DNA of 64,000 bases from an uncultured Actinomycetes bacterium (GTDB lineage Bacteria; Actinomycetota; Thermoleophilia; Gaiellales; JAICJC01): positions 192,895 to 256,894 of the forward strand of contig CAWGSU010000003.1 of the NCBI GenBank assembly GCA_963825325.1, written 5' to 3'. A program made the translations under genes and the position numbers. The notes under the pieces are model-generated. The model saw only the letters and a program-made list of their open reading frames with translations, was not told the DNA's origin and ran no database searches. Positions 26,288 through 34,741 of the stretch are shown in pieces. The first letter of the stretch is position 1. Every line of letters begins with the position of its first letter.

Positions 26288-27601
26288 ATGAATGTCAGAG
26301 CAGCGAGTTGCAACGCACGCCGATCACAGGGCGCGGAACGCGACATCCGCTTAGTGTGGGTGGAAGCGGCGCTCGCCATTGCCGCGTTGGCTGCGCTGTG
26401 CGCCGCGGTCCTGTCGGTGCCGCCTCAGGCCGCAGAGCCCGATGACGGCGCCTATCACGCATCGATCGTGGCCACAACCGAAGGGCACTTCCTGACCTTG
26501 TCGACCGCTCAGGCGGAAACCCTGGCGGGGAAGCTACGAGACAACCCGGCCGCGCCCCCGAACCAGTGGGTTGAGGTGACCAGTGGGCGGTGGATCAGCG
26601 AGAAAGACCCCGGTTACCCGTTTGTTGCGGCGCCGTTCCAGAAGTTGGGCCTTGTTCGGTTGGCGCCGCTGTTCTATGGGGCGCTGGCGTGCCTCGGGTT
26701 GTTCTTCGGCGCCCGGCGCTGGCTAGGGCGCTTCGGCGGGCCTGCAGCCGTAGGCCTGTACTGCTCCTCCGGAGCGGCGCTCGCGTTCGCCTGGCGCGAC
26801 TACATGCCGACCTTCACCGATGCATCGCTAATCGCGGCGGGTTCGGGCGCCCTGCTGTGGGCGGTGCTGGCGACCGAGGCCAGCTCTCGGCGGCGCACCT
26901 GGGTCGGCCTCGCCGGATTCCTGGCGATCGAGATCGCAACATTCGTCCGCTACACCAACATCGTGATCCTCGGCTGCGCAGTCGTGGCCGTCATCGTGGC
27001 GTGGCGGCTGCAGTCCACGAGACTGCCCCTCCGCGCGCTGTGCTGGTGGCTTGCCTCGGTGGCCGCCTTCGGCGCCGGCGTGGCCATCTTCAACGACCAG
27101 GTCTACGGCGGCCCGCTGACAAGCGGGTACCCGCCCGGAGAGGTCACGTTCAGCGCCAGCGCGATCGTGCCGAATCTGCGGATCATGCCCGCGCATCTCA
27201 TGCAGGCCATGCCGATGCTGGTGTTGGGACTGATCTCACTGGCCTGGATCATCGTGCGGTGGCTAGTGCTGCGCCGCGTCGGCGGAGAAGTCGGCGCCAC
27301 GGCTCGTCGCGATCTCTGCGTCGCCCTCCCCCTCGCAGCGTCATGGTTCGCGATCTGGGGTCTGTACTCGGCGTACACCTGGACAACCGATCCGACCAGC
27401 GTCACAGTGCAGGTCGTCAGGTTCTACCTCCCGGCGATCGGTGCGATCGCGCTGCTCGGTGCCTGGCTCGTGACCAGGATTCCCGGCCGCCCACGGCGCG
27501 TCGGCCTAACCTCAACCGCCGTCATCGCTGTGCTGTTCGGCCTCGGCGTCTGGGCGTTTCACGCCATGTACGCAGCGTTTGGCGTCCCACTGGGCGGCTA
27601 G
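26288..27601 (+). CDS. polytopic membrane protein, GT-C / family-39-like glycosyltransferase
   Basis: 437 aa with about 10 TM segments. The N-terminal loop SEKDPGYPFVAAPFQKLG resembles ArnT/PMT-type enzymes. The start is uncertain. Confidence 0.6.
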   Translation: MNVRAASCNARRSQGAERDIRLVWVEAALAIAALAALCAAVLSVPPQAAEPDDGAYHASIVATTEGHFLTLSTAQAETLAGKLRDNPAAPPNQWVEVTSGRWISEKDPGYPFVAAPFQKLGLVRLAPLFYGALACLGLFFGARRWLGRFGGPAAVGLYCSSGAALAFAWRDYMPTFTDASLIAAGSGALLWAVLATEASSRRRTWVGLAGFLAIEIATFVRYTNIVILGCAVVAVIVAWRLQSTRLPLRALCWWLASVAAFGAGVAIFNDQVYGGPLTSGYPPGEVTFSASAIVPNLRIMPAHLMQAMPMLVLGLISLAWIIVRWLVLRRVGGEVGATARRDLCVALPLAASWFAIWGLYSAYTWTTDPTSVTVQVVRFYLPAIGAIALLGAWLVTRIPGRPRRVGLTSTAVIAVLFGLGVWAFHAMYAAFGVPLGG

Positions 27602-27614
27602 GCAAGCCGGAGCT

Positions 27615-27705
27615 GCGTTACGGTCCACACCTCTTCCAAGCCTCCCAACAGCCTTCCCGGGAGCCATTTGACGGGAGAGTAGATAGAGAGGGCGAAACGC
27701 CGCAC
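27615..27705 (+). repeat. mosaic repeat copy 5: arm A - core - arm B
   Basis: Core at 27656-27675. The left arm is GCGTTACGG...CCTCCCAACAGCCTT. The right arm is AGAGTAGATAGAGAGGGCGAAACGCCGCAC. Confidence 0.9.
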
Positions 27706-27766
27706 GTCTCGCGGGGCGCGGGTTACACGTACGGCGAGTGATCGACGAGGCCGAGCCCGTCGGGCA

Positions 27767-28873
27767 CTAGCCGCAGAAGTCGGCGATGACGCATTCGAGG
27801 GCGCCCACGCAGCGGTCGAGCTGATCGAGGTCGACCCACTCCACCGCTGCGTGGGCGCCCTCGCCGCCGGGCCCGAAGATGACGGTGGGAATGCCGGCAG
27901 CGGAGAAGATGGCGCTGTCGGCCCAGCCGATACCGCCGGTCACGGGCGCCTCCTGGCCGAGCGCTCGGCGAGCAGCCGCCACGATCGGAGCGTCCGCGGC
28001 AACCTCGAACGGCTCGCGCACGAGCGTGGTGTGCAGCGTGGCGTCGGCGTCGCCAAGCAGGGCGGTCAGCTCCGCTTCGACGATCTCGATCGTCTCGCCG
28101 GGGAGAGTGCGCCGCTCGAGTTGGAGGCGGCACGACTCGGGATAGGTCGAGAGCTCGCGGCCGCCGTCGATGATGGACGCGTGGATCGAGCCCGGGCCGA
28201 GCAGCGGATGGCCCGAGCGCCCGATCAGCTCGGCCGCGAAGCGGTCGAGCTCGACCAGGACCGGGCCCATGCGAGCAATGGCATCGACGCCGTCCTCGGG
28301 CCGCGACCCGTGCGCGGCTCGGCCGCGGACGACGATCTCGTGCCAGGTGAAGCCCTTGTGCGCGATCGCGACGGTTATCTCGGCGCCGGTGGGCTCGGTG
28401 ACGATCGCGGCGTCGGCCCGCACCGACTCGGCGACGGCCTGGGCGCCGACCGAGGCGAACTCCTCGTCGCAGACGGCGGCAACGATGACGTCGCCCGCAA
28501 CGCCCCGCTCGGCGGCGTTGGCGGCAGCCACCATGATGGCGGCCAGGCCGGCCTTCATGTCGTACGCGCCGCGGCCGTAGAGGCGGTTTCCCTTGACCCG
28601 CGGCGAGAAGGGGTCGGCCATTCCGTCGACGCCAACGACATCCATGTGAGCGTACAGGAGCAGCGGGCGGCCGCCGCCCTTCCCCCGCGTCCGGGCGACG
28701 ACGTTGGGCCGGCCAGGCTCGACGTCGGCAATGTCGACATCGAGGCCGCGCTCGGACAGCCAGCCGCCGACGAACCGGGCGATCTCGCCTTCCCCCGCGC
28801 CGCCCGGGACGAGGCTGGGGTTGATCGAGTCGATGGCGACGAGGTCGGCCAGTAGCGCCCGGGCATCCTCCAC
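27767..28873 (-). CDS. M20-family metallopeptidase (ArgE/DapE/acetylornithine deacetylase-like)
   Basis: 368 aa with LLLYAHMDVVGV, CDEEFASVG, and a dimerisation-domain insertion. Confidence 0.9.
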   Translation of the reverse strand: MEDARALLADLVAIDSINPSLVPGGAGEGEIARFVGGWLSERGLDVDIADVEPGRPNVVARTRGKGGGRPLLLYAHMDVVGVDGMADPFSPRVKGNRLYGRGAYDMKAGLAAIMVAAANAAERGVAGDVIVAAVCDEEFASVGAQAVAESVRADAAIVTEPTGAEITVAIAHKGFTWHEIVVRGRAAHGSRPEDGVDAIARMGPVLVELDRFAAELIGRSGHPLLGPGSIHASIIDGGRELSTYPESCRLQLERRTLPGETIEIVEAELTALLGDADATLHTTLVREPFEVAADAPIVAAARRALGQEAPVTGGIGWADSAIFSAAGIPTVIFGPGGEGAHAAVEWVDLDQLDRCVGALECVIADFCG

Positions 28874-29206
28874 GCGGTCACCCTACCAACTGGGCTTCGG
28901 CCGCGGAATGAGCGAAACGCACACAACCGAGGCGAGGATTGGAGTCAAACACCATCCGGTCCACCGTGCGACAGGCGTGACGGGGGTGTGACGTCTAGCC
29001 CGCGTTCGCGGCGGCGAGACACCATACGGGGGCAGACTGACGCCGCACCCCGCACGGATGGGATATCCACCCCGCGCCGCCCGCTCTGCAGGCAGGCCGA
29101 AACCGCCGGTAGGCGGCTTCCGCTTGCCGCTCGGTCAGTGAGGCGACGTGATCGGCACAAGCTCTCAGAATGATGGGCGGGGTGCCCGAGGGTTCGTGCG
29201 TGGCGC

Positions 29207-29253
29207 AGTGCGGCGTTTCGCCCTCTCTATCTACTCTCCCGGGAGCCATTTGA
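29207..29253 (+). repeat. mosaic repeat copy 6: arm B(rc) - core (first 17 nt only)
   Basis: GTGCGGCGTTTCGCCCTCTCTATCTACTCT plus CCCGGGAGCCATTTGAC, then unique sequence TCCGTCCGACCC leading into the lexA promoter. Confidence 0.9.
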
Positions 29254-29284
29254 CTCCGTCCGACCCACCTGGCACACTGTGACC

Positions 29285-29298
29285 CGAACACATGTTCG
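29285..29298. promoter_or_regulatory. LexA operator (SOS box)
   Basis: CGAACACATGTTCG is a perfect palindrome matching the Gram-positive/actinobacterial CGAAC-N4-GTTCG consensus, 18 nt upstream of the lexA ATG. Confidence 0.8.
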
Positions 29299-29315
29299 AC
29301 CCCAGGAGGGTGGCG

Positions 29316-29951
29316 ATGGATCTGTCCCAGCGGCAGAAGGAGATTCTCGAGTTCGTGAACACCCACGTCGATGCCCACGGGTATCCACCGACGGTGCGTG
29401 AGATCGGCCAGGCGGTCGGGCTCACCTCGCCGTCAACGGTGCACGCGCACCTCGCGAAGCTTGAGGCGGCGGGCCTGATCCGGCGCGACGCCACCAAGCC
29501 ACGCGCGCTCGAGGTGATCGAGGGCGGCCGTTCCCGGCGCGGCCCTGCGCCCGCACCTGTCCCCGCCGCCCCCGTCGGCGCGACCGTCCTGCCGCTCATC
29601 GGCCAGGTCGCCGCCGGCTCTCCGGTCGTCGCCGAGGATCAGATCGAGGAGTACCTGCCGCTGCCCGACCAGTTCTGCGGCAACGCCGACTACGTGCTCG
29701 CCGTGCGTGGCGACAGCATGATCAACGCTGGCATCCTCGACGGCGACTACGTCGTCGTGCGCAAGCAATCCGAGGCCAGGAACGGCGAGATCGTCGTCGC
29801 CCTCGTCGGCGACGAGGACGCGACGGTGAAGCGCTTCTTCCGCGAGAACGGGCGCGTGCGCCTGCAGCCGGAGAACGATGCGCTCGAGCCGATGTACCCC
29901 GACCAGGTGGCCATCCTGGGCAGCGTCCAGGCGGTGTTCCGCAGGCTATGA
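29316..29951 (+). CDS. lexA: LexA repressor
   Basis: RBS AGGAGGG plus ATG 29316. Product MDLSQRQKEILEFV...GYPPTVREIGQAVGLTSPSTVHAHLAKLE. Cleavage and peptidase region VRGDSMINAGI...VKRF. The earlier ATG at 29292 lies inside the SOS box. Confidence 0.95.
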   Translation: MDLSQRQKEILEFVNTHVDAHGYPPTVREIGQAVGLTSPSTVHAHLAKLEAAGLIRRDATKPRALEVIEGGRSRRGPAPAPVPAAPVGATVLPLIGQVAAGSPVVAEDQIEEYLPLPDQFCGNADYVLAVRGDSMINAGILDGDYVVVRKQSEARNGEIVVALVGDEDATVKRFFRENGRVRLQPENDALEPMYPDQVAILGSVQAVFRRL

Positions 29952-30190
29952 CCACGGCGCTGACTCGCTCCGGCCCCGGCGGCCAGATGCTCGAGGACGT
30001 CATCCTGGCGGCGCTGGCCGCAGGGCGCGTCCGCCAGGCGGGCCGGCGCCCGGCCTGCCCGGTCTGCGGCGAGGCCATGTGGGCGTTCGACCGCGGGGCC
30101 GACGCTGCCGAGCTCTGCTGCAGCGGCTGCGGGTCGAGGCTGTGGGACGAGTCTGCGGTGGACGAGCGGGAGCTGCGCCTCACCGCCTGA
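29948..30190 (+). CDS. small zinc-ribbon protein downstream of lexA
   Basis: 80 aa with an ATGA overlap with the lexA stop. Two CxxC pairs: CPVCGEAMW...CCSGCGSRLW. Confidence 0.55.
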   Translation: MTTALTRSGPGGQMLEDVILAALAAGRVRQAGRRPACPVCGEAMWAFDRGADAAELCCSGCGSRLWDESAVDERELRLTA

Positions 30191-30250
30191 CGCGGCGCCC
30201 GGTCGCCGGTACCACCCGGCCCGGCGCCGGCCGGCTGCGACAATCGTTGT

Positions 30251-31342
30251 GTGCGCCTCACCCGCCGCCAGATGCTCCTGTCGGGGTCGATGCTGCTCGC
30301 CGGGGCCTGTACCCGGCCCGGGAGCGAGACGGCTCCACAGCGATTCGGCTCGCGGCTGTCCGGGCCGAACGTGCAGGTGCTCGACCGCCGCCTCGTGCTC
30401 GCGTTGCCGCCGGGCGACGTGGCGCCCACCACGATCTCGTCGTTCACGAGCGAGCTCGGTGTCAAGGTCACCGTCGTCCCCGGCCGGCTCGACACGGTCA
30501 CCGACGTCGGCCGGTCGGACGTCGCGCTGATCGACGACGTGACGCTCGCCGGCCTCATCCAGGCCAACCTCGTCGAGAAAATCGACCGCAGCCTGGTCTC
30601 GAACGCGAAGCTCCTCCTGCCGCCGTTCGACAACCCGTCCTACGACCACGGCGGCCGCCACAGCGTGCCGAAGGATTACGTCACCGTCGGCTTCGCCGTC
30701 TCGACGCTCGACGTCCCCGTGCCACCGTCGACCTGGAGCGGGTTCTTCCACCTCTCCGCGACCTTCCCCGGGCGCGTCTCGGTCCCGCCCGACCGCGACG
30801 TGGTGATCGGTGCCGCGCTGACCGCAGCGGGTCACGACTGGAACTCGTCCTCGAGCTCCGACATGGCCGACGCCGCCGACATCCTGCTCCCGTTGCGCGA
30901 GGATCTCGTGATCGGCGGGTCGATGGTGCGCCGCAGGCTCGGGCCGCCCATCGTGGCGGCGCTCTGCTACGGCGTGGGCTTCGTGACTCCGCCGCCCGGC
31001 GTCCGCTTCGTGGTGCCGCGCGACGGCACCCTGGCCCGCGCGCGCTGCTACTGCATCCCGCCGTTTGCACCCGACCCTGTCTCGGCCCACGCCTGGCTGA
31101 ACCACACGCTCGACCCCGCCGTCGCCGCCGCCGAGACGCGCTACACCCACCGGGCGACGCCGGTCGGGCCCGCCCTGTATCAGCTGCCAACCTCACTGCT
31201 CGCCAACGAGGCCGTCTTCCCGCCGGCGCTTCCCCCCGTGCCACTCTCGTTCACCGCCGTCAGCCCGGCAGGCGCCCAGCTGCGCGCCGACCTGTGGCAG
31301 GAGCTCACCTCCACCAGGCGGCGTCGGCTCGCGCCACGGTAG
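30251..31342 (+). CDS. ABC-transporter substrate-binding lipoprotein (polyamine/PotD-like)
   Basis: 363 aa. Signal MRLTRRQMLLSGSMLLAGAC. Pattern DVALIDDVTLAGLIQANLVEKID...SVPKDYVTVGFAV. Confidence 0.7.
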   Translation: MRLTRRQMLLSGSMLLAGACTRPGSETAPQRFGSRLSGPNVQVLDRRLVLALPPGDVAPTTISSFTSELGVKVTVVPGRLDTVTDVGRSDVALIDDVTLAGLIQANLVEKIDRSLVSNAKLLLPPFDNPSYDHGGRHSVPKDYVTVGFAVSTLDVPVPPSTWSGFFHLSATFPGRVSVPPDRDVVIGAALTAAGHDWNSSSSSDMADAADILLPLREDLVIGGSMVRRRLGPPIVAALCYGVGFVTPPPGVRFVVPRDGTLARARCYCIPPFAPDPVSAHAWLNHTLDPAVAAAETRYTHRATPVGPALYQLPTSLLANEAVFPPALPPVPLSFTAVSPAGAQLRADLWQELTSTRRRRLAPR

Positions 31343-31349
31343 ACTCATA

Positions 31350-31698
31350 TCGCCGATCGGACAGTCGCGACGCCCTCGGGCGCCGAGGAAAGTCGGGACA
31401 CCGCAGGGCAAGGGTGCCGGGTAACGCCCGGACGGGGAAACCCGATGGAAAGCGCAACAGAGAGCAGACCGCCGACCGGCGTCCCTCGCGGACGTCGCGG
31501 CAAGGGTGAAACGGTGGTGCAAGAGACCACCAGCGCCCGCGGAGACGCGGGCGGCTAGGCAAGCCCCACCCGGTGCAACGCCAAACGGAGCGATGACGCG
31601 GCCCGCCGAGCTCCAGGTAGGCGGCACGAGCCGGCCGGCAACGGCAGGCGTAGATGGATGACTGTCCCCGACAGAATCCCGCTTAGAGATCGGCTAAA
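31350..31698 (+). ncRNA. rnpB: RNase P RNA, bacterial type A
   Basis: Universal blocks GAGGAAAGTC, AGGGTGCCGGGTAACGCCCGG, GCAACAGAGAGCAGACCGCC, AAGGGTGAAACGGTGGTGCAAGAGACCACC and TAGATGGATGACTGTCCCCGACAGAATCCCGCTTA. P1 pairing GCCGATC/GATCGGC. Confidence 0.95.
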
Positions 31699-31699
31699 G

Positions 31700-31727
31700 G
31701 AAAGCCCTGCAAATGCGGGGCTTTCCC
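31700..31727 (+). terminator. hairpin immediately after rnpB
   Basis: GGAAAGCCCTGC-AAAT-GCGGGGCTTTCC gives a 12-bp stem with one G-U pair. There is no U-tract. Confidence 0.45.
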
Positions 31728-31822
31728 ATTCAAGGAGTGGGGCTGGCGCCGACCGTCACGGCCGTGTCGGCGCGGAAGCCTGGCGAACTTGTTCGTAACG
31801 AACGTGTTCGTTAGCATGCAGT

Positions 31823-32539
31823 ATGGACGCGCCGCCGCCGACCCGCCCCTTGAGCCGTCGCGAGCGGCCGGCGAAGCCCGCGCTGACGCGCGGGGGCATC
31901 GTTGACGCGGCGTTGCGGCTGATGGAGAGCGAGGGCCTGGGGCGCGTGACAATGCGCCGGCTCGCGGAGGAGCTCGATACGGGGCCCGCGTCGCTGTATG
32001 TGTACGTGCGTGACGCCGCCGAGCTGCACGGCGCGATCCTGGACCGACTGCTGGGTGAGGCCGTCCGTCCGGCGAGAGCGCGGAGCTGGGCGACGAGGAT
32101 CGAGCGGACGCTGCTCGCCTATGGCGCGATCCTGTTTGCGCATCCCGGTCTTGCGCGTTCGATGTTCGCTCGCAGACCGAGCGGCCCTCACTACCTCGAC
32201 CTCGTCGAGAGCCTGCTTGCCGACATGGCTGCCGGCGGAGTTGCGCCGGAGCGCGCTGCCTGGGGCGTCGACGTTCTCCTGCAGCTGATCTCGGCAACCG
32301 CGGCGGAGCAGGTGACTCGAAACGACTCGCTGGAGGCTCCGGCCGAGGAGCAACGCGAGCGCGACGCCCTCCAGGCGGCGCCGGAGCGCTTCCCTCACGT
32401 TCACGCCGTGGCCGACGAGCTCGTGTCCGGGAGCGGCCGGGAACGCCTGAGCTGGGCGATCCAGGCGCTCCTGGCCGGCATCGCCGCCACTCCGCGGGCC
32501 GGCTCGTCGAGCAGCAGCACGAGTCCAGGACGAGCGTGA
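31823..32539 (+). CDS. TetR-family transcriptional regulator
   Basis: 238 aa with HTH IVDAALRLMESEGLGRVTMRRLAEELDTGPASLYVYV. Confidence 0.9.
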   Translation: MDAPPPTRPLSRRERPAKPALTRGGIVDAALRLMESEGLGRVTMRRLAEELDTGPASLYVYVRDAAELHGAILDRLLGEAVRPARARSWATRIERTLLAYGAILFAHPGLARSMFARRPSGPHYLDLVESLLADMAAGGVAPERAAWGVDVLLQLISATAAEQVTRNDSLEAPAEEQRERDALQAAPERFPHVHAVADELVSGSGRERLSWAIQALLAGIAATPRAGSSSSSTSPGRA

Positions 32540-34005
32540 GCGCCACAGCTGCGCCGCGCACGTACGGATCTTTACGGGCGGCGTGGATTCCGCTGGCTGC
32601 GCTCTGCATGGCGTTTTTCGTCGAGATGGTCGATAACTCGCTGCTGTCGATTGCACTACCCACCATCGGCCGCGATCTCGGCGCCGGGACGACCGCGCTG
32701 CAGTGGGTCACCGGGGCGTACTCGCTGACCTTCGGCGGCCTCTTGCTCACCGCTGGATCGATTGCCGACCGGTTCGGGCGCCGCCGCGTACTGCTGGCCG
32801 GACTCGCGGTGTTCGGACTGCTCAGCCTCAGCGTCATCGCCGTCACCACCGCAGGCGAGCTGATAGCCCTACGGGCCGCGCTCGGCATGGCCGCTGCGGC
32901 GACGGCGCCCATCACCAACTCGCTGGTGTTCCGACTCTTCGATGATGACGAGCCACGCATGCGCGCCATCACCGTGATGATCGTCGTCGGCATGTCCGGC
33001 TTCATCCTCGGGCCGCTGCTCGGCGGCACCGCGCTGGCCCACGTGCAATGGCAGTGGCTGCTGGTCGTGAATGCCCCGATCGCCCTGGTCGCGTGTGTCG
33101 GCGTCCGCCTCGGAGTGTCGGCCGACCGGCCCGAGGACCTGACCCGCGACGTGCTCGACCTGCGGGGCGCCGTGTTGAGCATCGCCACGATCGGCCTCGC
33201 CTGCTGGTCGTTGACCAGCGGCGTGCTGTACGGCTGGGCCTCCGTGCTCACGTTGGGGTCGATCGTCGGCGCCGTCCTGGCCGGCGTCGCGTTCGTCGGT
33301 CACGAGCGCAGCAGCGCGGCCCCGATGCTGGACCTCGGCGTCTTCTCCAACGGCACCATCCGTGGCGCGGCCGTCGCCCAGGTAGGGACGTCCATCGCCA
33401 TGGCCAGCGTCATGTTCGGGCTGATCCTCCACTTCCAGTACGCCTATGGATGGAGCCCGTTGAAGGCCGGGCTGGCCAATCTGCCGATCATCGTCACGAT
33501 GCTCGCCGCCTCGCCGTTCTCCGAGTGGCTCGTGCGCCGGTTCGGCCACCGCATCGCCTGCCTGGTGGGAGCGATCTTCCTGGCCGGCGCTCTCGCCGGG
33601 CTCTCGTGGGCCGTCTATCACGGGTACGCCGCCATCGCCGTCTGCATGGTGCTGCTGTCCGTCGGACTGCGCACCGTCATGACGATCTGCGCAGTCGCAC
33701 TCATCGGCGCGATGCCGGGCAACCGCACCTCCATCGGCGCCGCGCTCAACGACACCGCCCAGGAGGTCGGAACCAGCGTCGGCACCGCCGTGATCGGGAC
33801 CGCGATCGCCGCGCTCGTGACGACCCGGCTCCCTGCGGGCACCTGGAGCAACGACCTTGTCGAGTCGTTCTTTCACGGCGAACGCATCACCTACGGTGTG
33901 CTCGCGATCGTGGTTGGCCTCATCGCCGGGTGGGGTGCTCTGACACTGACCGACTCGCGCTCCACCGAGGAAGCCCCCTCCATCGACGTGGCGATCGCCG
34001 CCTAG
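32536..34005 (+). CDS. MFS transporter, DHA2 family
   Basis: 489 aa with a GTGA overlap with the TetR stop. Motifs FFVEMVDNSLLSIALPTI and DRFGRRRVL, about 14 TM segments. Confidence 0.9.
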   Translation: MSATAAPRTYGSLRAAWIPLAALCMAFFVEMVDNSLLSIALPTIGRDLGAGTTALQWVTGAYSLTFGGLLLTAGSIADRFGRRRVLLAGLAVFGLLSLSVIAVTTAGELIALRAALGMAAAATAPITNSLVFRLFDDDEPRMRAITVMIVVGMSGFILGPLLGGTALAHVQWQWLLVVNAPIALVACVGVRLGVSADRPEDLTRDVLDLRGAVLSIATIGLACWSLTSGVLYGWASVLTLGSIVGAVLAGVAFVGHERSSAAPMLDLGVFSNGTIRGAAVAQVGTSIAMASVMFGLILHFQYAYGWSPLKAGLANLPIIVTMLAASPFSEWLVRRFGHRIACLVGAIFLAGALAGLSWAVYHGYAAIAVCMVLLSVGLRTVMTICAVALIGAMPGNRTSIGAALNDTAQEVGTSVGTAVIGTAIAALVTTRLPAGTWSNDLVESFFHGERITYGVLAIVVGLIAGWGALTLTDSRSTEEAPSIDVAIAA

Positions 34006-34655
34006 GAAGCAGCGGTTGCGTCGTTGGTCTGGAAGATTTCACGGAGAATGGAGCGTTCGATGAGGCGTGCCCATTCCTCGGATGTCCAGCCGCGTTCGAT
34101 GACGATCGTTCGGTAGAGGTCGGGGCCGAGGAGCACGAAGAGGACGTCGGCGGCGCGTTGGGGTGTGAGGTCGGGCCGAATAGGGGTCTTGCGCGAGAGC
34201 GCGCCGACGAGGTCGAGCATTCCCTGCAATCTGAGGTCCTCGCTGCGGCGCCAGAGCTGGCCGGCGGGCTCGTGGGCGACGGCGTGATAGGCCGGCACCA
34301 TCGGTGCGACTCGCGCGAGGATCGTCGCGGTGCCCGTGACGATGCCGCGAACGGCGGCGGCGATGTCGGGCTGTTCCATCGCCTGTGTGTGCCAGGTCTG
34401 CAGCGGGGGCGGGAGTGTCTCGTCGCCGAGCACTGCGCGTTCGTGGATCGCCTGCACCAGCTCGTCCTTGGTGTGGAAGGTGAAGTAGACGGTCTGCACG
34501 GCGACCCCGGCGCGCGTCGCGATGGCCGCCATCGTCGTCGCTCGGAACCCGAACTCGCAGAAGAGGTCGTAGGCGGCGTCGAGTATGCGTGCGCGCGTGC
34601 GTGCCGCCTGTTCGCGCCGCGTCGGCCGTGCCTCCGCCTTGACGTCATCCACCAT
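34002..34655 (-). CDS. TetR-family transcriptional regulator
   Basis: ATG at 34655. Product MVDDVKAEARPTRREQAARTRARILDAAYDLFCEFGFRATTMAAIATRAGVAVQTVYFTF. The longer GTG start at 34679 would lie inside the operator. Confidence 0.9.
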   Translation of the reverse strand: MVDDVKAEARPTRREQAARTRARILDAAYDLFCEFGFRATTMAAIATRAGVAVQTVYFTFHTKDELVQAIHERAVLGDETLPPPLQTWHTQAMEQPDIAAAVRGIVTGTATILARVAPMVPAYHAVAHEPAGQLWRRSEDLRLQGMLDLVGALSRKTPIRPDLTPQRAADVLFVLLGPDLYRTIVIERGWTSEEWARLIERSILREIFQTNDATAAS

Positions 34656-34674
34656 GGCGATTATATTAGCGGCT

Positions 34675-34698
34675 CTCACTAGTGAGTCTCACTAGTGA
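34675..34698. promoter_or_regulatory. tandem palindromic operator between the divergent TetR and membrane-protein genes
   Basis: Perfect 12-bp palindrome CTCACTAGTGAG at 34675-34686, followed by TCACTAGTGA at 34689-34698. TATATT lies just upstream. Confidence 0.55.
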
Positions 34699-34741
34699 AC
34701 TAGTCTAGCGAGATCCAATCCGACGCGAGGGGAGCAGTTCA

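Larger units (their letters stand above)
27656..29253. mobile_element. putative cassette: core - 30-bp inverted end - M20 peptidase gene - 30-bp inverted end - core
   Basis: Perfect 30-bp inverted repeats at 27676-27705 and 29207-29236 bracket a single gene. Direct copies of the core (20 nt and 17 nt) flank them. No transposase or recombinase lies inside. Confidence 0.35.

Noticed and set aside
7081-29253. Interpreting the repeated core as a CRISPR array or an integron attC array
   Set aside because: Spacing is irregular (1.6 to 15 kb) and whole genes lie between copies, so this is not a CRISPR array. No cas genes, intI integrase, attI or Pc-like arrangement are present, and the arms, unlike attC sites, are exchanged as whole modules. 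Only the cassette analogy is retained, as a hypothesis.
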